Source of the DNA: an uncultured Pseudohongiella sp.
GTDB taxonomy: Bacteria > Pseudomonadota > Gammaproteobacteria > Pseudomonadales > Pseudohongiellaceae
Reading direction: 5' to 3'
Assembly (NCBI GenBank): GCA_965221805.1
Contig: OZ244913.1
Span: forward strand, 345,724 to 409,723
DNA length: 64,000 nucleotides
In this document: piece after piece, positions 9,899 through 18,151 of the stretch
Position numbering within the stretch: position 1 is the first letter of the stretch
Layout: each line of letters starts with the position of its first letter
Translations under genes and position numbers: made by a program
The notes under the pieces: generated by a model
What the model was told of the DNA's origin: nothing
The model's database searches: none
Seen by the model: the letters and a program-made list of their open reading frames with translations, nothing else

Positions 9899-11643
9899 AT
9901 GGGCGTGATGCCAACAAGAAATTGGCTCCTCCGGCAAATGGGCAGCCGCTATCGAGACTATTGGGCCTGTCTTGCGATTGCGCTGGTGGCATTTTTGTTG
10001 CACGGCAGCGCGCTTGACGGGAATTGGCGTTGGGATGACACCCAAGTTCTGAGGCATATTTTTGATCATGGTTCTCTTGCGAGCTTCATCGATGCCGATG
10101 CCTATAACCACTTTTCAACAGTTTACTTATTTCCTTGGCTCCTTGCTACAATTGAATTGGACATCTGGTTATTCGGGTCTGATCCGTTCTGGTTTTATTT
10201 CCACCAAGTGTTTTCGATCGCTATTGCCGGCATTTGTTTGTTTATGGTCGCCAAACAGTGGATGATGCCGGCATTCGCCTTCGCCGCCGCAATGCTGTTC
10301 TTGAGCGGTCCGCCGGTTGCCGTAGTCGGTGAACAGCTCATGACCCGGCATTACATCGAGGGGTTGATCTTTGCTTTGATTTCTCTATATGCGTTCACTC
10401 GGAGCATAGAACAACCGACTGCCGCAAACCAAGTTACAAGTGTGGTTTTTTATGTGTTGGCTGTGACCTGCAAAGAGGTTTATGTGCCACTGATTCTGCT
10501 ATTGCCATTCATACCACGCGGCTCGATTAAAACACGCCTCAAACTTTGGCTGCCCTTTGTGGCAGTAGCTATTTTGTATGTGTTTTGGCGAATGCATATG
10601 CTGTTTATCATCTTTGGTTCATTCAGCGAACAAGGTATCGATATGCAAACATTGATTGATATTGTGATCGAGTTTGCGATTATTCCGACCCTCTTGTTTC
10701 CATACTTGTATTGGCTGCCAATCTTTCTCTCTTTCTCTGTTTTTTTTGCGGTTTCGTGTTCGGCAGAATAAATAGTATTCTTGTTTTTTATATAACTGCG
10801 CTTCTGCTTGCACCACTCGGACCATTACAATCGTTGACTGATTGGATTAATAATTTTATTCCATCGGATCGTTTCTTTTTCGTCCCTTGGGCGGGATTTT
10901 CCTTCTTGCTTTCCTGTTGTGCGTATAGATTCAGCAGCAGCACCGGCACCACCATCCTCCCCCAGTACTCCGAAACCACCAAGAAAACATGCATGGCATC
11001 TATATTATCGATATTGACTATTGTGTCTTTTTACAATAGCAAAAAATATATCGATCAGATCGTAGATCCACGTACGTTAGAATTCGACACTTCCGCCAAC
11101 TTTATGCTGAATAATGATAGTGATTCGGCTTATATTCCAGGTCATCATACCGAGAGATTTTTATGGTTTTACAGCGGATTGTTGGCTATCCATCCCCACA
11201 TGGGTCAAACAAATGAACCTCCGAACCCAATTGTTGATCCCTTTTACCTGAATGAAGATATATCAACGGTTCATGTATATTCTGCCGATTGTGGATGCGT
11301 GCAGGAAGCCAGTGCGGAGATGCTGGAACAGTTCAGGCAGAGTGTCGGTGATTTGCGGGAAGCCCCACTGAACATTGCATTGCAGGCTGGGCAGACTCAA
11401 CTGAGTTGGCAACTTGGGCCATATGAGGCAGGGGAATACCGAATTGTGTCGCCCATCTTGGGCTCCTCGCCCCTGCCCATCAAAGGTTCTCTCATGTATA
11501 ACCGTCACATGCTGAAAGAGTTCAATCACCCCTTTATATTGCGGTACACTTCTCCCGAGGGGTGGACCACATACTCTCCGGAGTTGTCACTTCCTCTGCA
11601 AGAGGGCGATGCCCCGGTGGCGCTTTCTTGGGAGCGGCTGTGA
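9899..11643 (+). pseudogene. frameshifted AT-rich paralog of the downstream GT-C-like membrane protein
   Basis: ORFs 9899..10771 and 10711..11643 together align along the 11640..13016 product (WRWDDTQVLR, GPPVAVVGEQLMTRHYIEGL, AVTCKEVYVPL, then LLAPLGPL, VPWAGFSF). The frame change sits at a T8 run, 10740-10747. Confidence 0.65.
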
Positions 11644-13016
11644 TTTCCCGCGTGGCGCCCGCGAACGGCCCATCGCCGCTGTCGCGGATGGCCGCCCGCA
11701 ACCCGGATTGGCTGTATGCCGCCGCGATCGCGCTGCCGGCGTATCTGCTGCACCGGGAGGGCCTCGACGGCCACTGGCGCTGGGACGACACGCAGGTTCT
11801 CCGGCAGATTTTCCAGCATGGCGCGATCGCCAGCTTCCATGACGCTTCAGCCTACAACCAGTTTTCGATCACCAACCTTTTCCCCTGGCTGCTGCTGTCA
11901 ATGGAACTGGACATGCGCCTGTTCGAGCTCAGGCCCGCCTGGTTCTACCTGCATCAGCATCTCGCGATCGCCGCCGCCAGCATTTGCCTTTTCCTGGTCG
12001 GCAGGCAGTGGATGCGTGCCGAATTTGCGTTTCTGGGCGCCATCGCGTTTCTGAGCGGGCCACCGGTTGTCGTCATAAGCGAGCAGTTGATGACCCGGCA
12101 TTACATCGAAGGGCTGGTGTTCGCGCTACTTGCCCTTTACCTGTACACGCGGCACTTCGGGCGCCCGGCGGCTTGGCGCCTCGCCGCCAGCGCGTTTTTC
12201 TACGCGCTGGCTGTCACATGCAAGGAGACCTATGTTCCGCTCGTGCTGCTGCTGCCATTTGTTCCAAGGGGGTCGGTTGAGGCCCGGCTGAGGGCGGCTT
12301 TACCCTTCGCGCTGGTGGCGGCGCTTTATGTCTTTTGGCGCTCCCATATGCTGCAGAGCCTGTTCGGCGGGCATGCCGGCATCCTGCAAATCGATCCCCA
12401 GTCCGCGCGGACGGCGGCGGGGGCATTTCTCAACATTCCAAGCCTGCTCTTCCAAAGCTTTTACTGGCCGGCGGTTTTTCTCTGCCTGGCGATCATCCTG
12501 GCCGGAATCGTTTCGGGACGCACCCGCGGCCCGCTGTTGCCGGTTGTTACCGCGCTCATGCTGGCGCCCTTGGTTCCGCTGGCCGAAGTGCCGGGAATCG
12601 CGGAGCCGGACCGCTACCTGCTTTTGCCCTGGGCGGGGTTGTCCTTCGGGCTTGCTTGGTTCACGGCGAGATTTTTCGATTCCGCGAATGCCGGGGGGCG
12701 TGTGCCAAAAGCGGCGGGGGCGGCGGCCCTGATCGCGGTCATTGGCATCTCCCTCTTCAACAGCCGGCAATACTTGAACCAGGCCGTTGTTCCGGTCGCG
12801 CAGCAATTCGACGCGCACGCCAAATTTCTCCTGAGCCATGGCGACAATGTCGCGTATGTTCCCGGCCCCACCATCTTGGGCAATTTCTGGTTGCCTTCCG
12901 GCGCTATCCATGGACTGACAGGAGTTCGGGTAGAGGGCCTATTAACCCAGAAACCTGGAGGATCGCGCACGGCAGCCACAGCTGAGCGAGTAATGGTTGA
13001 ATTGTGTATTCTGTAG
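11640..13016 (+). CDS. GT-C-like polytopic membrane protein (GC-rich paralog)
   Basis: ORF track gives 11562..13016. GTG at 11640 overlaps the upstream TGA (GTGA). An alternative ATG is at 11688. Motifs WRWDDTQVLRQIF, GPPVVVISEQLMTRHYIEGL. Confidence 0.65.
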   Translation: MISRVAPANGPSPLSRMAARNPDWLYAAAIALPAYLLHREGLDGHWRWDDTQVLRQIFQHGAIASFHDASAYNQFSITNLFPWLLLSMELDMRLFELRPAWFYLHQHLAIAAASICLFLVGRQWMRAEFAFLGAIAFLSGPPVVVISEQLMTRHYIEGLVFALLALYLYTRHFGRPAAWRLAASAFFYALAVTCKETYVPLVLLLPFVPRGSVEARLRAALPFALVAALYVFWRSHMLQSLFGGHAGILQIDPQSARTAAGAFLNIPSLLFQSFYWPAVFLCLAIILAGIVSGRTRGPLLPVVTALMLAPLVPLAEVPGIAEPDRYLLLPWAGLSFGLAWFTARFFDSANAGGRVPKAAGAAALIAVIGISLFNSRQYLNQAVVPVAQQFDAHAKFLLSHGDNVAYVPGPTILGNFWLPSGAIHGLTGVRVEGLLTQKPGGSRTAATAERVMVELCIL

Positions 13017-13333
13017 GTTACAATCGGACCGGTATTACAATCGAACAAACCGGGGAGTTCGGCGACTGGTTCGAGAAGCTGGGTGACGTCAGGGCAAGAG
13101 CGCGAATCGATGTTCGAATCAGGCGGCTTTCGCTGGGAAATTTTGGAGACACCCGGTACGTGGGCGATAAAGTGTTGGAACTTCGCATCCACTATGGTCC
13201 GGGGTACAGAGTGTATTTTTGCCGCAAGGGGCCGGACTCTATCGTCATCGTCCTTGGCGGAACGAAGAATACCCAGCAGCGGGATATCGGTCGGGCGCGG
13301 GCCATTGCGCGCGAGTTATTGAAACCGGAGTGA
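13004..13333 (+). CDS. type II toxin, RelE/ParE superfamily (addiction-module killer, HigB-like)
   Basis: 109-aa ORF with FGDWFEKLGD...IRRLSLGNFGDTRYVGDKVLELRIHYGPGYRVYFCRKG...VIVLGGTKNTQQRDI, the classic killer-protein pattern. Start uncertain. Confidence 0.8.
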   Translation: MYSVGYNRTGITIEQTGEFGDWFEKLGDVRARARIDVRIRRLSLGNFGDTRYVGDKVLELRIHYGPGYRVYFCRKGPDSIVIVLGGTKNTQQRDIGRARAIARELLKPE

Positions 13334-13339
13334 ATCGTA

Positions 13340-13681
13340 ATGAATATCGCAACCAAACCTTGGGATGCCGCAGACCATCTCCGTACCCAAGAAGATGTTG
13401 TGGCGTACCTGGAAGCGGCGTTCGAAGAGGGTGACCCGCGCCTGATCGCCGCCGCCCTGGGCGATGTGGCCAGATCAAGGGGAATGACGCAGATCGCGCA
13501 GGAAGCTGGCCGGGGGCGGGAAAGCCTGTACAAGGCGCTTTCGATCAATGGCAACGCCAGTTTCGCGACTGTGCTCGGCGTGCTCGAAGCCTTGGGATTG
13601 AAGCTGCAACCCTACTCGATTCAAGGCCGGGAACAAGTCAGCGCCGCAGCACATTCAATTAAAGAATCTGGCAACCCATAG
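13340..13681 (+). CDS. addiction-module antidote protein (HigA-like HTH)
   Basis: 113-aa ORF 7 nt after the toxin. WDAADHLRTQEDVVAYLEAAFEEGDPRLIAAALGDVARSRGMTQIA is the typical antidote family signature. Confidence 0.8.
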   Translation: MNIATKPWDAADHLRTQEDVVAYLEAAFEEGDPRLIAAALGDVARSRGMTQIAQEAGRGRESLYKALSINGNASFATVLGVLEALGLKLQPYSIQGREQVSAAAHSIKESGNP

Positions 13682-13737
13682 CCTGAATATTGCGAAAGTG
13701 TGATGGAAAAGCAGATAGACGATTGCCGCGTGCCTCT

Positions 13738-13965
13738 TTACTCGAATTTTACTCGGGGCAAACCGGATTGGCGAATGATCGACAATAATGTCCCGATTCG
13801 CAGTTCGCGGTGATCGGGCACGGGGACCGTGACCGTGCCGTCGGCAATGGTCTTCTGCATGATGATGTGGCTGCCGCGGTGGCGCACTTCCACAAATCCA
13901 TCGGATGCGAGAATGCGGCATGCTTGCCGGCCCGACAAAACACGCAAACTCTTAGCCAACAGCAA
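13738..13965 (-). CDS. hicA: type II toxin HicA (mRNA interferase)
   Basis: 75-aa ORF with GFVEVRHRGSHIIMQK...VTVPVPDHRELRIGTLLSIIRQSGL, a HicA dsRBD-like signature. Confidence 0.8.
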   Translation of the reverse strand: MLLAKSLRVLSGRQACRILASDGFVEVRHRGSHIIMQKTIADGTVTVPVPDHRELRIGTLLSIIRQSGLPRVKFE

Positions 13966-14173
13966 TCTCGACGCGGGTTACGTAGACTTCGCTGTGCAAA
14001 CGTCTTTCGACTTCCTCCGGGGGGGCGCATTCGAAAAACAGGGCCAAGGCTTCGGCAAGATTGTCGCGCGCCAAGGCCACGGTGTCGCCTTGGCTGGCAA
14101 TATCCAATTCCGGGCACAACGCCACGTAACCATCTCCTTCCCGTTCGATGATTGCGGTCAATTGCCTGTTCAT
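13952..14173 (-). CDS. hicB: HicB-family antitoxin
   Basis: Internal ATG at 14173 with a GGAG 8 nt upstream. MNRQLTAIIEREGDGYVALCPELDIASQGDTVALARDNL is the HicB N-terminal fold signature. Overlaps hicA by 14 nt. Confidence 0.75.
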   Translation of the reverse strand: MNRQLTAIIEREGDGYVALCPELDIASQGDTVALARDNLAEALALFFECAPPEEVERRLHSEVYVTRVEIAVG

Positions 14174-14509
14174 ACCACATCTCCAACCGATGATGTCAAT
14201 CGGGGTGGTCGATGCCCGCCCATAGAAAAATAGCCGCATTTCCGCGCTGGCTTCGCGTCGACGAAAATTGGCCCGAGAGAGTCTACTCTATTTTCCCGAC
14301 GATCTTCCTTGAATATTAAAAATGACTCTTTCAATTTGCAAAGTTGAACGACCGGTGCAGCAACAGGAATTCGCCGCTGCCTGATACGGCATGCGGCGCA
14401 TCCGACAGGGCCGGGACTTGGTCGATCCCGGCTCCCGGAGCGGCCAAACTGCCCTCCTCAACGCCGGAATCGCCGGCAGCCGGGGCCGAATGGCAATCCG
14501 CGGAGGCTT

Positions 14510-15373
14510 TCAGCTGGCCAGACCCATGACGACACCCAGCCAGACCAGCCCGCCGACCTTGCCATTGTTGAGGAAGGCGCGGAAGCAGCCCTCGGGATTC
14601 CGGCGCCGGCAAAGATACTGCTGCCAGACGAAGAGGAGGCCCGCGGCGGCGAGCAGCGCGAAGTGCCAGTGGCCGAGGCCGAACACCAGGCCGGCGATCC
14701 ACAGCAAGACGATATGGCCAAGTTGCAGGAAGCCAATGACTAGATTGTCGGCTTTGCCGAACAGGATCGCGGTGGATTTGACCCCGATCGCGCGATCATA
14801 TTCCCGGTCCACCATGGCGTACTGGGTGTCGTAAACCACCGTCCACAGCAGATTGGCGAGAAACAGCAGCCAAGCTTCCGCCGGCAGGCCGCCGCCAACC
14901 GCGGTGAAGGCCATCAGAATACCCCAGGAAAAGGCGACTCCCAAAGCCAGTTGCGGCAACTGCGTGAACCGTTTCAGAAAGGGGTAGACAACGATAATGG
15001 GCACGGCGGCAACGGCGAGCCCGATCGTGGGCGCATTGGTCAACAGCACCAGGGCGAAGCCGGACAGGGAGAGGATGACGAATCCCGCCATGGCGTCGCG
15101 GCGGCTGAGCATTCCCGTCGCCAATGGGCGCTCCCGGGTGCGCAGCACCTTGCCGTCGATGTGGTAATCGGCGAAGTCGTTGACGCAGCATCCCGCCGCC
15201 CGCATGACGACCGTGCCGGCGATGAATATCAGCAGCAGGTCAAGCGGCGGGAATCCCCCGGCGGCCAGCCACAGCGCGGTGATGGTCGGCCACAACAGCA
15301 GCAGGATGCCAACCGGGCGGTGCATCCGCGTCAGATAGAAAAACCCAATCGCCTTTTGCCGCAGGCCGGTCAT
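14510..15373 (-). CDS. ubiA: 4-hydroxybenzoate polyprenyltransferase
   Basis: 287-aa ORF. UbiA motifs RMHRPVGILLLLWP and CCVNDFADYHIDGKVLRTRERPLATG. Confidence 0.9.
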   Translation of the reverse strand: MTGLRQKAIGFFYLTRMHRPVGILLLLWPTITALWLAAGGFPPLDLLLIFIAGTVVMRAAGCCVNDFADYHIDGKVLRTRERPLATGMLSRRDAMAGFVILSLSGFALVLLTNAPTIGLAVAAVPIIVVYPFLKRFTQLPQLALGVAFSWGILMAFTAVGGGLPAEAWLLFLANLLWTVVYDTQYAMVDREYDRAIGVKSTAILFGKADNLVIGFLQLGHIVLLWIAGLVFGLGHWHFALLAAAGLLFVWQQYLCRRRNPEGCFRAFLNNGKVGGLVWLGVVMGLAS

Positions 15374-15390
15374 TTCGATCCCCCCGCCTT

Positions 15391-15614
15391 CTCATTCCGC
15401 GCGGAGCGTAGCCTCAGGCTCCCTTCGTTTGAGCACCGGTCGCTTGTCGTCGGCAATCGGATTCCTTCCCGGCTTGCGCCGGGCCCCTTCCGCTCACCGC
15501 CGCGCTTCCTCAGTGCAAAATTCAGGGCAGTGTATTCTGAACCTGCTCACTCTACCCCGTCATTCCGCGCGAAGCGAAGCCCCCCACTCCCGTCATTCGG
15601 CGCGCGCGATGACG
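15391..15614 (+). repeat. structured dispersed repeat, copy 1, plus an extra terminal hairpin
   Basis: Bounded by CATTCCGCGCG(G/A)AGCG motifs (15393, 15561). Internal GCACCGGTCGCTTG, TTCCCGGCTTGCGCCGGGCCCCTT and CACCGCCGCGCT blocks recur inverted at 56131-56293. Hairpin CGTCAT..ATGACG at 15591-15614. Confidence 0.75.
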
Positions 15615-15632
15615 AGTCGTCCCGGCGGTGAA

Positions 15633-17720
15633 TCACACATCGCCGAAATCCTTGGATTGGCCGATCCAGCGGCGGATGAGCGGCTCGGCGGCATCGGGAT
15701 GGCTGGCGGTCAACGCCTCGCAGGCGTCCCGCACCCGGTCGAGCATTTCGCTGTCGCGGCCGATGTCGGCGACGCGGAAGCTCATCATGCCGGTTTGCCG
15801 GGTGCCGAGCATTTGTCCGGGCCCGCGCAGGCGCAGGTCCTCCTCGGCGATGCGGAAGCCGTCATGGGTTTCGCGGATGATCCGCAGCCGCTCCCGGGAC
15901 AGTTCCGAAAGCGGCGGCTGGTACAACAGCACGCAATGGCTCTGCTCGGCGCCGCGCCCCACCCTGCCGCGCAACTGGTGCAACTGGGCGAGACCGAGCC
16001 GCTCGGGGTTCTCGATCACCATCAGGCTGGCGTTGGCCACGTCAACGCCGACTTCGATCACCGTGGTGGCGACGAGCAACTGGATCCGTCCTTGTTGGAA
16101 ACTGTCCATGACTTCGGCTTTTTCCGCCGGCTTGAGCCGTCCATGGACAAGGCCGACCCGAATCCCGGCGAGCGCGCGCCCGAGTTCCGCCGCGGTGGCT
16201 TCGGCGGCCTGGGCCTGGAGCGTTTCGGATTCATCGATCAAGGTGCAAACCCAATAAGCCTGCCGACCCGCGGCGCAGTTGGCGGCGATTCTGGCGATCA
16301 CCTCGCCGCGCTTGGCCTGGGAATGCACCACGGTGTTCGCCGGCTTGCGGCCCGGCGGCAACTCGTCGATCACCGAACAATCGAGATCGGCATAGGCGCT
16401 CATCGCCAGGGTTCTGGGAATCGGCGTCGCCGTCATCACCAACTGGTGCGGGCGCAGCCCGCCACCCGCCTTCTCGCGCAGGGCGAGCCGCTGATGCACG
16501 CCGAAGCGGTGTTGCTCATCGACGACAATCAGCCCGAGCCGCCGAAAGCGCACCGGCTCCTGGAACACCGCGTGGGTGCCGATGAGCAAATCGCAGGCGC
16601 CGGTTCCCAACTCCCGCAGCACTTCGTCCCGGGCCTTGCCCCGGGTTTTGCCGCTGAGCCAGCCGAGCCGCAGCCCCAGGGGTTCGCACCAGCGGCGGAA
16701 GTTGCGCAGATGCTGTTCGGCGAGGATTTCCGTGGGTGCCATCAAACAAGCCTGGAAGTCCGATTCGATGGCGAGCAGCGCCGCGAGCGCCGCGACCACG
16801 GTTTTGCCGGCGCCGACATCGCCTTGCAGCAGGCGCATCATCGGCGCCTCGCCGGCGAGATCGTCGCGAATCTCCCGGTACGCGCGCCGCTGGGCGCCGG
16901 TGAGGCGGAACGGCAGCGAATCGGCGAAGCGTTTGGGCAATTCCTGCCGGATCGAAAACCGCGGCGAAGGCAGGCGCCCGGCGTCGCGTTTCAGGCCTTG
17001 CATGCACAGCCGGTGGGCGAGCAGTTCCTCGAAGGCGAGCCGCCGCCGCGCCGGGCTGTTGCCGCCGCGGCCGGTGAAGTCGAGTTCCATGTCCGGCGGC
17101 GGCTCGTGCAGCAGGCGCACCGATTCGGCGAGGTCGATGCCGCCGAACTCCCGCAGCAGGCTGGCCGGCAGCAATTCCGGCAGCTTTTCGCCCCCCGCGA
17201 GCAGGGCGAGCGCCTGGCCGACAAAGCCGCGGACGCGATGCTGGTGCAGCCCTTCCACAGTCGAATACACCGGCGTCAGCGCAGTGGGCACCGCTTCGTC
17301 TTCGCTCGCCAGCAGCCGGTATTCGGGATGGTACATCTCGGCCCCGCTGCGGCCATAGCGGACTTCGCCGAAGCAGCGGATCAGGGCGTTGGCGGCGAGT
17401 TTGCGCTGTTGGAAGCGGTTGAAGTGGTAGAAGCGGATGCTGAGCATCCCGGAATCGTCCCGCAGCAGGCAGCGCAGGCTGCGGCCCCGGCGCCCGGTCT
17501 CGACGCCGCTGTCGACGATTTTGCCCTGGATCTGGACACAATCGCCGACGGCGGCCCGGCCGATGGGCGTGACCCGGGTGCGGTCCTCATAGCGGAAGGG
17601 CAGATGGAACAGCAGATCCTGAACGCTTTCGATGCCGAGATCGGCGAGCTTCGACTGGATTTTCGGGCCGACGCCGGACAGCTCGTCAACGGGAATCTGG
17701 TCCAGCGGCAGCCCGGTCAT
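15633..17720 (-). CDS. recG: ATP-dependent DNA helicase RecG
   Basis: 695-aa ORF. Wedge domain plus helicase motifs GDVGAGKT, VVDEQHRFGV, MTATPIPRT. Confidence 0.95.
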   Translation of the reverse strand: MTGLPLDQIPVDELSGVGPKIQSKLADLGIESVQDLLFHLPFRYEDRTRVTPIGRAAVGDCVQIQGKIVDSGVETGRRGRSLRCLLRDDSGMLSIRFYHFNRFQQRKLAANALIRCFGEVRYGRSGAEMYHPEYRLLASEDEAVPTALTPVYSTVEGLHQHRVRGFVGQALALLAGGEKLPELLPASLLREFGGIDLAESVRLLHEPPPDMELDFTGRGGNSPARRRLAFEELLAHRLCMQGLKRDAGRLPSPRFSIRQELPKRFADSLPFRLTGAQRRAYREIRDDLAGEAPMMRLLQGDVGAGKTVVAALAALLAIESDFQACLMAPTEILAEQHLRNFRRWCEPLGLRLGWLSGKTRGKARDEVLRELGTGACDLLIGTHAVFQEPVRFRRLGLIVVDEQHRFGVHQRLALREKAGGGLRPHQLVMTATPIPRTLAMSAYADLDCSVIDELPPGRKPANTVVHSQAKRGEVIARIAANCAAGRQAYWVCTLIDESETLQAQAAEATAAELGRALAGIRVGLVHGRLKPAEKAEVMDSFQQGRIQLLVATTVIEVGVDVANASLMVIENPERLGLAQLHQLRGRVGRGAEQSHCVLLYQPPLSELSRERLRIIRETHDGFRIAEEDLRLRGPGQMLGTRQTGMMSFRVADIGRDSEMLDRVRDACEALTASHPDAAEPLIRRWIGQSKDFGDV

Positions 17721-17740
17721 GGGATGGGGAGCGCTTCGGT

Positions 17741-18130
17741 TCAGGTTTCAGCCGCCACGATCGCGTCGATTTCGACCATCGCGTTCGCCGGCAGGGCGCG
17801 CACGCCGATGGTCACCCGGGCCGGATAAGGCGCGGCGAGCCGTCTGGCCATGATCTCGTTCACCGCCTTGAAATTGCCCAGGTCGGTGAGATAAATCGTC
17901 ATCCGCAGCGTCTGGTTCAGGCTGGACCCGGCCGCCGCGGCGACGGCTTCGAGATTGTTGAAAACCTGCTCGGTCTGTTCCGCGATGCCGCCATCGACCA
18001 ACTTCATCGTGGCCGGGTCGAGCGGCACTTGGCCGGAGAGAAATACCAGCGAACCCAGGCGAACCGCTTGGGAATAAGGGCCGATGGCGGATGGCGCGTT
18101 GCCGGTCTGGATAACTTCCGCGGCGGGCAT
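17741..18130 (-). CDS. ridA: RidA family reactive-intermediate deaminase
   Basis: 129-aa ORF with APSAIGPYSQAV...GQVPLDP...ARVTIGVRALPANAMVEIDAI, a YjgF/RidA signature. Confidence 0.9.
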   Translation of the reverse strand: MPAAEVIQTGNAPSAIGPYSQAVRLGSLVFLSGQVPLDPATMKLVDGGIAEQTEQVFNNLEAVAAAAGSSLNQTLRMTIYLTDLGNFKAVNEIMARRLAAPYPARVTIGVRALPANAMVEIDAIVAAET

Positions 18131-18151
18131 GGGCTGTCCTTGTTTGCGGGC

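Noticed and set aside
8174-10111. 645-aa minus-strand ORF
   Set aside because: Antisense to the spermidine-synthase-like membrane protein. Arg/Gly/Asp-rich with no motifs. A shadow ORF.
15391-15614. CRISPR array
   Set aside because: The CATTCCGCGCG-type repeats are few, irregularly spaced, internally palindromic and scattered across distant intergenic regions. No regular repeat-spacer periodicity and no cas genes were seen anywhere in the window.
15429-17828. 799-aa plus-strand ORF
   Set aside because: It lies entirely antisense to recG, which has unambiguous helicase motifs. Its product is low-complexity and Ala/Gly/Arg-rich. It is a typical shadow ORF of high-G+C DNA.
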